Positions 1 through 9,268 are shown, numbered from the stretch's first letter. The stretch: DNA of 64,000 nt from Candidatus Woesebacteria bacterium RBG_13_46_13 (GCA_001791995.1 MGFR01000003.1:6170-70169); one strand, 5' to 3'. Numbers and translations: made by a program. The notes: generated by a model not told the origin, from the sequence alone.

Positions 1-2
1 AA

Positions 3-137
3 CCAGCCGTTGAGGTGAACCAGGGCACGTTTGCCGCGGTTAATATCCCTTAAATAATACCTGTCGATTTTTCCACCCTTCTGCAGAAACGTGTCTATAA
101 GCTTTGTAAGTGAAGAATCAGTGATCAATATAGCCAT
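3..137 (-). CDS. 5'-partial hypothetical CDS (N-terminal 45 aa; continues beyond window start)
   Basis: Hand translation of the minus strand from ATG at 137 gives MAILITDSSLTKLIDTFLQKGGKIDRYYLRDINRGKRALVHLNGW with no stop before the window edge. A GGGGTGG SD-like motif lies 5-6 nt upstream. Not in the ORF track because it is under 60 aa. Confidence 0.25.
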   Translation of the reverse strand, partial: MAILITDSSLTKLIDTFLQKGGKIDRYYLRDINRGKRALVHLNGW

Positions 138-299
138 TATACCACCCCCAGGTGTCATTATGGGGCCAAAAATGCTATAATACCGCTAGGTTACTAGTCC
201 ATTCCGACAAAGCATACTAAATCGATACTTCCGGTATCCGTTTCCAGGCTTCTTGGTGGAGGAGTTTCCAAAAACAAAAGAAAGGAGGTGACAAAATTA

Positions 300-629
300 A
301 TGGCAAAAAGATTGTTTGTAGGGAGTCTTCCCTACACTACAACTTCTGAAGAGCTGAAGGAACTTTTCGCAAAAATTGGAGAAGTTACTGCGGCTGATGT
401 TATTACCGATAAATTTACCGGTCAAGGTAAAGGTTTTGCTTTTGTGGAGTTTGCAGATGATGCAAATGCCGATAAGGCAATCAAAGAGTTAAACGGTACG
501 GATTATAACGGAAGAAAGCTCGTTGTAAACGAAGCCAGACCTCGCGAAGAGAGATCTTCGGGTGGTGGTGGATACGGCGGCGACAGAGGTGGTGGATTTA
601 GAGGAGGCGGAGGCTCAAGGCGCTATTAA
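300..629 (+). CDS. RRM-type RNA-binding protein with Gly/Arg-rich (RGG-like) C-terminal tail
   Basis: RNP1-like GFAFVEF and RNP2-like LFVGSLPY motifs. C-terminal tail GGGGYGGDRGGGFRGGGGSRRY. Strong SD AAAGGAGGTG 7 nt upstream of ATG 300; the ORF track begins 12 nt earlier at 288. Confidence 0.85.
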   Translation: MAKRLFVGSLPYTTTSEELKELFAKIGEVTAADVITDKFTGQGKGFAFVEFADDANADKAIKELNGTDYNGRKLVVNEARPREERSSGGGGYGGDRGGGFRGGGGSRRY

Positions 630-757
630 GCGCTAATATCCTTTCGTTGTCCTTTGGATTGGCTGTGAGGAGAAACGGTTTTAAATTTAGTGTGAAGAAA
701 ACTCTGTCCAAACTGGATTTTGACACTTCGCTTAAGGTTTATTAGAATACTCCTGAT

Positions 758-1633
758 ATGAGCCCGGAAAGAAAGGTTGAGGTTGTTACCGACAGCGGCT
801 CTTCGATCAGACCCAAAGATACGCTGGCCAGAGAAAGCGGTGTTACCGTTGTTCCTTTGGATCTGAAATTCTTCGAAAACGACCAATATGTCAGCTACTC
901 CGATGCGGATGTGGAAACCGAAGAGTTCTACCGCCGGATGCGGGAAGGCAAAAAACTTCCCCAGACTTCGGGAGCAATTCCCGGAAGAATAGTCGAAACA
1001 TTCAAGCACCTTTCCGAAAAAGCCCAATCTATTGTTTCTATCCATATTACTTCCAAACACTCGGTTGTTTGGGAGTCGGCCGTATTGGGAAAGAAACTCT
1101 TTCAAGACGATACCCAAAAAGATACACCGATTGAGATTGTGGACTCAAAGCAGGTTTCCCTGGCCACCTGGTTTCCGGCGGAAGATGCCGCGCAGCTGGC
1201 CGAAAAAGGAGCGACCCTTGAGCAGATTATGGAAGAGCTCAAGCAAAGGATGCCCAAAATCAGCCTTTATGCGGTTCTGGAAAGCTTTGACAATCTCAAG
1301 CTCGGAGGTCGTGCTGAAGATTTGGTTAAGGGATATCTTGCCTCTCTACTCTCGATTTATCCAGTTCTGACCTTTGTCGAAGGGAAACTTACCCAAGCAG
1401 CCAGAGCCAGAACGGCCCAGAAAGCCAGAGACAAAATGGTTGAAATGGTTGCCGATGCGGGAAAACTCGTTAGACTTGCAGTTTTGCATGCAAACGCCCT
1501 CGAAACCGCCAGAAACGTCAAAGAAGCCTTAAGTAAAGCTTATAAAGGTGACATTCCCATTCACGAAGCCGGTCCGGTCCTTGCCGTCCACGCGGGTGAG
1601 GGCACGGTTGGGGTGGTTCTACAAAGGGCTTAA
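758..1633 (+). CDS. DegV family protein (fatty-acid-binding DegV/EDD fold)
   Basis: N-terminal VEVVTDSGSSI matches the DegV signature (I-x-TDS-x-x-D). 291 aa is typical for the family. Confidence 0.7.
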   Translation: MSPERKVEVVTDSGSSIRPKDTLARESGVTVVPLDLKFFENDQYVSYSDADVETEEFYRRMREGKKLPQTSGAIPGRIVETFKHLSEKAQSIVSIHITSKHSVVWESAVLGKKLFQDDTQKDTPIEIVDSKQVSLATWFPAEDAAQLAEKGATLEQIMEELKQRMPKISLYAVLESFDNLKLGGRAEDLVKGYLASLLSIYPVLTFVEGKLTQAARARTAQKARDKMVEMVADAGKLVRLAVLHANALETARNVKEALSKAYKGDIPIHEAGPVLAVHAGEGTVGVVLQRA

Positions 1634-1689
1634 TCTCTCTTCGGGTTTAAAGATTGACAGGCTAATTTAAAGGTGGTATTTATGTACAC

Positions 1690-2184
1690 ATGTCGGAAAG
1701 AACAACGGTAAATTTCGGTCCTCCCCAAAGCTACGAAGAGGCACTTCTCAGGTTCCCTAGGGGAATGGATTTAACCGTTGCAATGTATGAGTTTAAGCAA
1801 CTATTAACTTCACCTGTCCTGGATCGATTACCGCTTACGCGCAGAATAATGGAAGTATCGGCAGAATCCTTAAAGGCGATGGAAGAGATATCTTTCAGAA
1901 GGAATGTGGATAGCGTTGGGAAAACAAACTGGGATTACTTTTTACCTTACTGCCGGGTAGAACCCTTAAGCTCCGTATTTGAGGCCGATGAGCTATTTAG
2001 AGAACTCAAGATTTGGACGCTTAGGCCAGAGGTAAGGGATGACAAGTTTCTTTTGGTCTGTGTGCTGGCCGACCCGGGCTTTCACTTCGATTCTCCGGAG
2101 TATTATTTGGGAATTCTGAGACACCACGAATACGATTTGCTTATTCCCCCGGTTGTGCCTTCCAGCCTAAGCAGGAATCCATAA
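1690..2184 (+). CDS. hypothetical protein (164 aa), first gene of accessory island
   Basis: Long ORF with no recognisable motifs. Sits between the housekeeping degV and the defence-like genes. Confidence 0.4.
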   Translation: MSERTTVNFGPPQSYEEALLRFPRGMDLTVAMYEFKQLLTSPVLDRLPLTRRIMEVSAESLKAMEEISFRRNVDSVGKTNWDYFLPYCRVEPLSSVFEADELFRELKIWTLRPEVRDDKFLLVCVLADPGFHFDSPEYYLGILRHHEYDLLIPPVVPSSLSRNP

Positions 2185-2251
2185 AAACGGGAGAGTAGTC
2201 TTCAAGGTTCAGATTATTGTGGAGCTATATTACCTTAAGTAGCTGTTTTCT

Positions 2252-2602
2252 TTAATCTCTATCCTTGGCAATAAAGTCGACAAATTTGAATAATATTTCC
2301 AACAAGATGACGGAAAGCCATGCGAGGAAAGAATAATAAGCCAAAGGGTATAAGATAATAGCTGCAAGCGTTCCTTTGGCTACGCTTTTTTCGACCATTT
2401 CCGACGGAATCTCCAGGCAGGCAAGAACAAGATTTATTAAGTTTGATTTCACTTCCTGAAACTTTGCGGGATTTATACCGAAAGGATGACGGTTTACCCG
2501 CTTGGGGGCGTCCCACATAAAAAATATCTTGATCCACTTCCAGATACGCCCCAGATCCTTTTTGAATTCTTTCCTGCTGGCAACTTCAATTTCTAAGCCC
2601 AC
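2252..2602 (-). CDS. hypothetical small membrane protein (116 aa)
   Basis: ORF with a hydrophobic C-terminal half (LAAIILYPLAYYSFLAWLSVILLEILF). Fills the gap between flanking genes. No family recognised. Confidence 0.25.
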   Translation of the reverse strand: MGLEIEVASRKEFKKDLGRIWKWIKIFFMWDAPKRVNRHPFGINPAKFQEVKSNLINLVLACLEIPSEMVEKSVAKGTLAAIILYPLAYYSFLAWLSVILLEILFKFVDFIAKDRD

Positions 2603-2673
2603 TCCGCTATTTTACTCCCGAAATTCTACTTCGGAGAGATTATGGGGTCAAATTTTCAAACGCGTGCCACTCT

Positions 2674-3615
2674 TTATCTGTCAGGCGCTGCTTCATACGA
2701 TTCTTTAATAATCGGCATCATATAATCAATAGTTTTATCTGATTTTACATCTATCCACCAAAGCGGTGTTTTCCCCCATTTATAAGACTCCGGTATTTTG
2801 GTCAACTTATTGGCGGTATCGTGGTTTAATTTTTCCTTCCTCACAGTGACTCTAAGCTTATCTTTATATACATGAATTGAAACAAAGTTATACCAATTTA
2901 TTTTGTACCCAATATAGTTGCCTACCGGTTTTTCAATAATCTGATCATCGATCTGTTTAATCCTATCTCTAATTTCGTCAAGAAGTCGGGTAATCTGCGG
3001 CGAAGCTTTCTTATAGTGATCATCTACAGAGTAAACTTTTATTTCGCTACTGACTTTTCTTATTGCCTTGCTTTTCGTCACTTTGGTAATAGATTCTTCT
3101 GCCTCAGCTGGTTTTATCTGACTAAAGAAAACGGTATCGTTTTCAAAAAGTTCAGCTTCCCATAGCTCAAAGGGTAAATCTTTGAAAGCAACGGCACCCA
3201 ACTGATGGAGCGTAAAGGAAGGGGCGATAAACACAACTCTAGATTGCGTCCAATCAACGTCTGTTCTTTTAATAGATTTCTCTGTCCTTTCGGCGTATTC
3301 GAGAACGAATTCCGCCTTATTATTAAGCATAAGTCCCAAATAGTTGAAGCCTTGATCAATCACGGAAAAGCTTTCGTTTCGTTTGTATTCGATAATCACA
3401 AAGGATTTTGTTTCTGGATCAAATGCTAGTGTGTCAATAATAAAATTTCTTACAATAAACTGTTTGTTTTTCTTACCAGAGACAAACTGAAGTCCAAAAA
3501 CTTCTTCTAGCGATTCTTCCGTAAGAAGTTGTAAATCCTTTTCAAGATTAAAGGATCTTTCTTTAATTCTTGTTAGCTTCGGACCATTGATTTTAAAAAT
3601 CGGCATTTGAGGCAA
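2674..3615 (-). CDS. PD-(D/E)xK nuclease-fold protein (putative restriction-endonuclease-like / defence nuclease)
   Basis: Motif block NFIIDTLAFD ... SFVIIEYKRNE (D ... E-x-K) in the N-terminal half. Distinct beta-rich C-terminal domain. Located in the defence island. Confidence 0.5.
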   Translation of the reverse strand: MPQMPIFKINGPKLTRIKERSFNLEKDLQLLTEESLEEVFGLQFVSGKKNKQFIVRNFIIDTLAFDPETKSFVIIEYKRNESFSVIDQGFNYLGLMLNNKAEFVLEYAERTEKSIKRTDVDWTQSRVVFIAPSFTLHQLGAVAFKDLPFELWEAELFENDTVFFSQIKPAEAEESITKVTKSKAIRKVSSEIKVYSVDDHYKKASPQITRLLDEIRDRIKQIDDQIIEKPVGNYIGYKINWYNFVSIHVYKDKLRVTVRKEKLNHDTANKLTKIPESYKWGKTPLWWIDVKSDKTIDYMMPIIKESYEAAPDR

Positions 3616-3640
3616 TTATACTACTTCAAAAATCAACCAG

Positions 3641-4531
3641 CTAAACGTTCCTTTTGCACTCCATGCATAGACCCTGTGTTAAAGGATTGCTATCATATCC
3701 GTCAGATAGGCTGAGTGGTTTTCCACATCTTTTGCAGGGGTTAACAATATATGCAGACAGGGTTGGTCCAGAGGGCCCAGTTGGGAATGTCCCTGAAGCA
3801 ATACTTAAGTTGCTTAATGATTGCTCTGAAACTTTATTTTGTAATTTAGAGATGTCCGACTCTTTTTTAAGGATTTCTTTCTCAAGATCTTCAATCTCTT
3901 CTGTTTTATCCTTAGCAAGTTGGTCTTTCTGCGTTTTGAGACTTTTCAGTTCTCCATTTAGAGTGTTGATTGAATCTTCTTTAAGTCTCATTTCTTCAAA
4001 ATAATCCACTATTTCTACAGATGCTGGATTAATATCAGCCCAGTCAGTGATAGAATTTAAAATATCCTTGTCAACATTACTTATAAGATTTTGAATTTCA
4101 TCAAGATTCCTGTCATCCTTTTCGTTAAATATTTTTATGCGGTCGGAAATATTTTTAACTTTATATTTAAGCGATTGCAAATATCTTATTGATGTAACGC
4201 TTTTTTTTGAAAGGATTGTGTTCCCTTTGGCTTCAATCAAATTTTGTACTATGACCGCTGTAGTTACTGAAGAAAAGATAATTTCAAAAATTTCAAGAGC
4301 AATACGAGTAGTGCCTTCTAGAGATTGCGCATACAGAAACAGTGCGATTGCAATTAATGCCGGCGCAACTGCACCTGGCGTTAAAACAATCGATAATGCA
4401 AATACCCATTTTTCTTTCAGAGAAGCCAGATATATTTTGATGTTCGCGAGTGAAACATTTATAGTATTGTGTGGTACTTGCCTAGCAAATCTGTTTCCTG
4501 CTTCCATTCTTTTTTTACTATGTTTTTTCAT
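3641..4531 (-). CDS. membrane-anchored coiled-coil protein with C-terminal CxxC...CxxC zinc ribbon
   Basis: Two predicted TM helices after MKKHSKKR. Long charged heptad-like region (KEDSINTLNGELKSLKTQKDQLAKDKTEEIEDLEKEILKKESDISKLQNKV). C-terminal CKRCGKP...CMECK. The ORF track starts 30 nt earlier. Confidence 0.45.
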   Translation of the reverse strand: MKKHSKKRMEAGNRFARQVPHNTINVSLANIKIYLASLKEKWVFALSIVLTPGAVAPALIAIALFLYAQSLEGTTRIALEIFEIIFSSVTTAVIVQNLIEAKGNTILSKKSVTSIRYLQSLKYKVKNISDRIKIFNEKDDRNLDEIQNLISNVDKDILNSITDWADINPASVEIVDYFEEMRLKEDSINTLNGELKSLKTQKDQLAKDKTEEIEDLEKEILKKESDISKLQNKVSEQSLSNLSIASGTFPTGPSGPTLSAYIVNPCKRCGKPLSLSDGYDSNPLTQGLCMECKRNV

Positions 4532-4577
4532 AAAAAACTGCCCTTGCGGGCAGCAACTCAATAATATTCCTAAACGC

Positions 4578-6347
4578 CTATGGGGTCAAATTGGTCCACT
4601 TAGACGATGTTTGAATTATTGTGTTGAACCATTCAGTTTCATTGTCAAAATTATCCGCAATGGAGCTTGCCCATTTAAGAAAACTGTAGATTTGTTCCGC
4701 CTCAACACCGCCTTCATTATAAGCATGGTCTAATATTTTTTTAAACGCATCCAGGTTTAAAGGAATTATCTGTGCCTTACCACCATAATGTACAACATTT
4801 GTTTTTCGAAGCACAAAGAAAAGGGCCACGACTGAAGGATTTATCGAGGGGGCCAAAAATAATCCAAACACTGGCCGTTTATCTGCGTTAGTCCGCAATA
4901 CTTCGACAACATCTCCGAGGTGTCTTGCAACCGGTTCCCCCTCTGAATCATACTGCCTCGCACCAGTCGAAAGAGTAACTTCAACCACAAGGACAAAATT
5001 ATTGTAATAGCAGACCAAATCAGGAAGTTTTGGCGGGGCATTATGTAAAGGTCTACCGTCGTTATCGATAGAAAGATTTCCGATAATATTCCCATCGTCC
5101 AACATATTCAGCGCCCTCCAAGTGTTCCATTCAAAAAAAAGAGGCTTGTCTGGTATATCAATGTCGCCCCGGTCCTGAATTTTATTAAAAACCCCAATTA
5201 TATCCGGATACAACTTATAAGTTTGCAGTGCCTTTACCTCTTCATTGATTAAAGCCGACTGTAAAACCTGCTCAAGTTCTGTTTTCAAACCCCACAGCTC
5301 GTCTATCATTAGAGTGGTTAGCTTCCCCATCGAGTAGGTTTCATCTGGCTTTGGAAGTTTGCCAGATGCTGATCTAATTTTTACAACGAGTGCTATTATT
5401 TCTTCTCTCAATACACCAACATCATCTTCAGGAAGCGACGGCAAATTGGAATTACCGAGAAAGTCCAAAAAGACAGACGGTGATTTTTCATACTCTTCTG
5501 GTTCTCGCGGAAAAGTTTTAAGAATGGTCCTGACAATGCGCGTCTTGGTATCAAGAATTTCCAGCCTATAAGTCCTTCCAGAAATAGTAAAAAGGCCGGT
5601 CGCTCGAAAATATCGAATTGCTGCATCGGCGTAATCAATAGAATTTCTCATTTTTGTTTTAACAAAATCGTCTATGCTTGGTTTTCTGCCTTTCCTTTGC
5701 CTGAGTGTAATAGAGCCTTTGTTAATATCCACTAGATAGAGTGCAACATATTTTGCTAAATGAGTTTTTATAGCTAAGGCTTTCTTATCGCGACTGTTCT
5801 TTATGCTTTCTATGTTCTTTCGGAAATCAAGAATTTCTTTTTTCGTTCCCTCATAGTTTTGGTAATCAATTAGGGTTATCCCAAACATAGCGATTTCCCG
5901 CTTGCTTAGCCCATCAAGATCATAGACCAATCGCAAAATTTCCAAAAATGGCTTAATACGAAAGTCTTTATATCTCTCATCCCAATGTTTTGGTGATGGA
6001 TATTGCCATTTAAGGAGTTGTCGTAGAAATAAATCGTCTAATCGCCTTTTTTCTATTAGCCGCCTTCCTGCTGGAGTTATTTGTATTTTCTTTTCGTCAT
6101 CAAACCTCACGAAACCAAGAGTTTTTGGGCTTCTATTTATTCTGTCTCTAGCAGAAAATGAGGGTTCCTTTTCGTAGATTTTTCCCTCAAAAAAACCACT
6201 TTTCGCTAGCAATCTTGCGTATTGCTCTTGAATTTTGGAATCCCATTTCTTTCCTTCAAACCGGGCTAGCAGAGCTAGCTCATCACTTAGTTTATAAGGG
6301 TTTCTAGGCGAAGTTGACACCGACCACGTGTGTTTAGTTTCCGACAT
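4578..6347 (-). CDS. putative type II restriction endonuclease (589 aa), cognate of upstream methyltransferase
   Basis: Lies 8 bp downstream of the DNA methyltransferase on the same strand, the classic M-R arrangement. Its size and a C-terminal PD...E-V-T-like block (PDLVCYYNNFVLVVEVTLS) are compatible with a large type II REase such as the AlwI-like family. The family assignment is not verified. Confidence 0.45.
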   Translation of the reverse strand: MSETKHTWSVSTSPRNPYKLSDELALLARFEGKKWDSKIQEQYARLLAKSGFFEGKIYEKEPSFSARDRINRSPKTLGFVRFDDEKKIQITPAGRRLIEKRRLDDLFLRQLLKWQYPSPKHWDERYKDFRIKPFLEILRLVYDLDGLSKREIAMFGITLIDYQNYEGTKKEILDFRKNIESIKNSRDKKALAIKTHLAKYVALYLVDINKGSITLRQRKGRKPSIDDFVKTKMRNSIDYADAAIRYFRATGLFTISGRTYRLEILDTKTRIVRTILKTFPREPEEYEKSPSVFLDFLGNSNLPSLPEDDVGVLREEIIALVVKIRSASGKLPKPDETYSMGKLTTLMIDELWGLKTELEQVLQSALINEEVKALQTYKLYPDIIGVFNKIQDRGDIDIPDKPLFFEWNTWRALNMLDDGNIIGNLSIDNDGRPLHNAPPKLPDLVCYYNNFVLVVEVTLSTGARQYDSEGEPVARHLGDVVEVLRTNADKRPVFGLFLAPSINPSVVALFFVLRKTNVVHYGGKAQIIPLNLDAFKKILDHAYNEGGVEAEQIYSFLKWASSIADNFDNETEWFNTIIQTSSKWTNLTP

Positions 6348-6355
6348 TAAAAAAT

Positions 6356-7141
6356 TTAGAGCAACTTATTTTGTAAACTTTTTTTTAAATCTTCAGGCAA
6401 TGCGCTACGCTTTTGGTAAATGTCGATTCCTGTTTTAAGAAAGCAATCAGCCCTTTTTTTGGCTATTCGGCAGGCCTTTAGGGAAATGTCTGCACCAATG
6501 AAATCGCAACTCGCTTTCAGTGCGCCTATACTGGAGCTTCCACTACCAACAAACGGGTCACACACCAGAAACCCCGGGGAGGAGCTAGCTTTCAACATCA
6601 TATCAAAAAGCTCTACGGGTTTCTGCGTAGGGTAGATACCCCTAGGTATTCTTTTAATTCTCCAAACATCAGGAATACTTTTAGAGTTCAGTTTTCTATA
6701 TCCCTTAGTTGCAAAAAGAATGAACTCATGTCTTCGTCTAAAATAATGGCCCATTCCGAAATTAACCTTATCCCAAACTAGAAGGTTTTTAACGTCAAAA
6801 ACATCTCTAACTATGTGACCTAGCGAAAGGAGAGAAAAGCTGTCAAACATAATATATAAGTGTCTATTGTTTTTTAATACTCTATGACACAGTTTAAGAA
6901 AGTATAAAAAAGTTTCAGGCTCATCCTTAAATTCAGGAAACCATTTTTCATTTCCCCCCTTTTTATACTCACCAACAATCCTGCCATTACCAAAATTCAT
7001 TTTATTGTTCATTCCAGAATATGCTGGATCAGTCACAATAATATCTACGCTTTCTTCGGGAAGAGATTTTAAAAATTCGAGGCAATCTTTTTGCAAAATC
7101 TCAAATCTTGAGGCTTTTGTAACTTTTTTGGTCGGTCTCAT
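6356..7141 (-). CDS. DNA methyltransferase, beta-class (probable N6-adenine or N4-cytosine)
   Basis: Motif IV IIVTDPAYSG (DPPY-like) is N-terminal to motif I CDPFVGSGSS (FxGxG SAM-binding). This order is the hallmark of beta-class amino-MTases. Confidence 0.8.
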   Translation of the reverse strand: MRPTKKVTKASRFEILQKDCLEFLKSLPEESVDIIVTDPAYSGMNNKMNFGNGRIVGEYKKGGNEKWFPEFKDEPETFLYFLKLCHRVLKNNRHLYIMFDSFSLLSLGHIVRDVFDVKNLLVWDKVNFGMGHYFRRRHEFILFATKGYRKLNSKSIPDVWRIKRIPRGIYPTQKPVELFDMMLKASSSPGFLVCDPFVGSGSSSIGALKASCDFIGADISLKACRIAKKRADCFLKTGIDIYQKRSALPEDLKKSLQNKLL

Positions 7142-7239
7142 TATTTTCCCTCGCCCATTTTACTACTTTTTAGGTCTAGGAACTAAGGGTCGGATTTGTC
7201 TAACTCGCCTTCAATACCCACAATGGGGGCTATCTTACT

Positions 7240-9054
7240 CTATCCCGCCCCTCCGCCGCCACCTCCGCCTCCCCCACCCCCTCCTCCGGAGAATGCTCCG
7301 GAGGAGCCCACTCCGTGGGCGCCGTATCCGGAGAAAGACGACGAAAGCGAAGAGAAGCTATTGCCGAAATCCGCAAAGGTGGTCCCCACTAACGGATAAA
7401 GGTTTGAGTTTTTGGCGATGTTGTAATCGACAGGCAGTTCGCTTAAGGCTTTTTGGGATATCCCCAAGGCGGTTCCGTAGACAAGGTATTTTTCCCAGAG
7501 GATTACGGAATCGATGGGATAGTTTTTGGTAACTCTATAATCTTTGAGAAATTGTTTGAAGGCCAGCCATGAAGCCAGTTCAAGGTTTCCGATAGGAGTT
7601 CTTTTCATCATAAAAATTGCAAAGATGATAAGAATAATTATTCCGGCGATTGAAAGCATTCCTGCCGTGACCAGAAGGAGAGCGGTAGAGCTTGCAATGA
7701 GAAAAGGCATTGCTACAAAGTAGATGAATATTAGTATTCCGAAAAGTACGATATCGGCAATGATACTGCCGGACATTTCTTTACTTTTCTCTTCGAATAT
7801 TCCGGTATCCAGAAGACTATCGTGAACCTTTTCTTTCCAATCGGACCAAAACTCCGTTGTGGCCGAGGGTTTAGTTTTCGGAAAGGATTTAATCTCCGAG
7901 AAACTTATCTTCTTCTCCACTCCGGAAAAGATGAAATCGACAAGTTTTTTCTCCAGAGCGGTAAGTTTTACCTTTGATTCAGATTTTAAGATTAGGGTGT
8001 ATTCCGGGCCGACGCTGAAAAGCCCCATTACGAGTTTTTTGGGCTTTTCTATTTGGATTTCCAGAACCTTCTTCCTTATAAGATTAACGATAGTTGCCAC
8101 AATGCTTTTGCCGGTCGGGCCGTAGCCCGGCTGGCGGGTTAAAGCCTCAACCAGGGCCGGTTCCAGATCGCTCGGGGGCTCATGCAGTTTCCCGGAAAGG
8201 TTAACCTCGGGTAAGGGAGCGTCCTTCCCGTATTTAAGGAAGCGCTCGGTCCAGACTATTAGTCTATATAGAAGAAAAAGACAAATAGAGGCAAGAATAA
8301 CGTTCAGGGTTAAGGACGAAACGGCATTTTTGGTTTGGAAGCCTTTTTCTTCTTTGAGTATTTCCTCTTTTGAGGAAGTTCCCTTTTGGGCAAAGGCTGC
8401 ATTTTCCAGTTTGGGGAAAAGTATTCTTGCCTCAACGAATTTATTGGCCGGCAGGCCCATTGCCGAATAGGTAACCTTATCTCCCGCCACAATTGCCACC
8501 TTGCCGTTTAAGGGTCCGTGACCGAATGCGTAGAGGGAGTCGGAAGGATAGCTCTCCGGTAAGGTAATGGTTGCGGAAACATTGGAGACTCCCTTGGCCC
8601 AGGCGTCTCCTATAAGTTGCCAGTAAAATTCCGAAGTATCGACCTGGAGGATAACCGCGTTTTTGATTCTGTAGGACAGGCTAAAGGTTTTGGGTTCACT
8701 CTGGGCTTGATAGAACCATTTGATATAGAGCTTTTCCGGAGTTGGTCCCAGCTGATAGGTTCCCGGCTCCTCTTCTTCGGAAAGAAGATAATCCTTTCCG
8801 CCTTCCTTTATGGAAACGTCCTCGATTATGGAGTTTTTGCAGCCGTCGCATTTGGCCTTAAGGTTAATCCATTCATCCGCCCAGGAGAACGAGCCGTCAA
8901 AATCGTAGGTCCGGGTTTCGGCGACACTTGCACTGCCGTCGGAGTTGATATCAACAGAAATTGTGGCCTGGGTGATGGAATAGTCTTTGGCGAGGGCTGT
9001 TTTTGGGAAAAGAAGTAAAAGGAAGAAGAGGAGAACTAAAATCGCTTTCTTCAT
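7240..9054 (-). CDS. DUF2207-family membrane protein with poly-Gly C-terminal tail
   Basis: Signal peptide MKKAILVLLFFLLLLFPKTALA, a large extracytoplasmic domain and multiple TM helices. C-terminus is a Gly-rich SGAFSGGGGGGGGGGGGGAG tail. This architecture is typical of DUF2207. The ORF track gives an alternative upstream start at 9108. Confidence 0.65.
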   Translation of the reverse strand: MKKAILVLLFFLLLLFPKTALAKDYSITQATISVDINSDGSASVAETRTYDFDGSFSWADEWINLKAKCDGCKNSIIEDVSIKEGGKDYLLSEEEEPGTYQLGPTPEKLYIKWFYQAQSEPKTFSLSYRIKNAVILQVDTSEFYWQLIGDAWAKGVSNVSATITLPESYPSDSLYAFGHGPLNGKVAIVAGDKVTYSAMGLPANKFVEARILFPKLENAAFAQKGTSSKEEILKEEKGFQTKNAVSSLTLNVILASICLFLLYRLIVWTERFLKYGKDAPLPEVNLSGKLHEPPSDLEPALVEALTRQPGYGPTGKSIVATIVNLIRKKVLEIQIEKPKKLVMGLFSVGPEYTLILKSESKVKLTALEKKLVDFIFSGVEKKISFSEIKSFPKTKPSATTEFWSDWKEKVHDSLLDTGIFEEKSKEMSGSIIADIVLFGILIFIYFVAMPFLIASSTALLLVTAGMLSIAGIIILIIFAIFMMKRTPIGNLELASWLAFKQFLKDYRVTKNYPIDSVILWEKYLVYGTALGISQKALSELPVDYNIAKNSNLYPLVGTTFADFGNSFSSLSSSFSGYGAHGVGSSGAFSGGGGGGGGGGGGGAG

Positions 9055-9055
9055 C

Positions 9056-9268
9056 TTACTTTTCCGTTGGCCCTTCGGGGGCATCCGGGGCGGGCATTCC
9101 TTCGACAACCGTCTTGGTCACGACAGATTGGCTGGAATTACTGGGAACGGGCTCCACGGTAACCCCTCTTTCCTTAAAGGCCCTATCCGCTTTGAATACG
9201 TTTACCCCGGAGCTATTAACCCTTCTGGGTCTTCTTACCCAGTCTACTCTCTTTTCTTCCTCGGACAT
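9056..9268 (-). CDS. hypothetical small protein (70 aa)
   Basis: ORF ends 1 nt before the DUF2207 start. Acidic/Pro-rich, no known motif. Confidence 0.2.
   Translation of the reverse strand: MSEEEKRVDWVRRPRRVNSSGVNVFKADRAFKERGVTVEPVPSNSSQSVVTKTVVEGMPAPDAPEGPTEK

Noticed and set aside
626-1117. 163-aa minus-strand ORF
   Set aside because: Lies entirely antisense to the well-supported DegV gene and has no motifs. Typical shadow ORF.
7240-7300. GGN/CCN simple repeat, considered as a possible CRISPR or microsatellite locus
   Set aside because: It is in frame inside a CDS and encodes the poly-Gly tail. There is no repeat-spacer periodicity, and no CRISPR array anywhere in the window.
7005-7532. 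Plus-strand ORFs (175 aa and a 67-aa poly-Pro ORF at 7196..7399)
   Set aside because: They lie antisense to the Gly-rich 3' end of the DUF2207 gene. The poly-Pro is the reverse complement of the poly-Gly codons. Low-complexity artefact.
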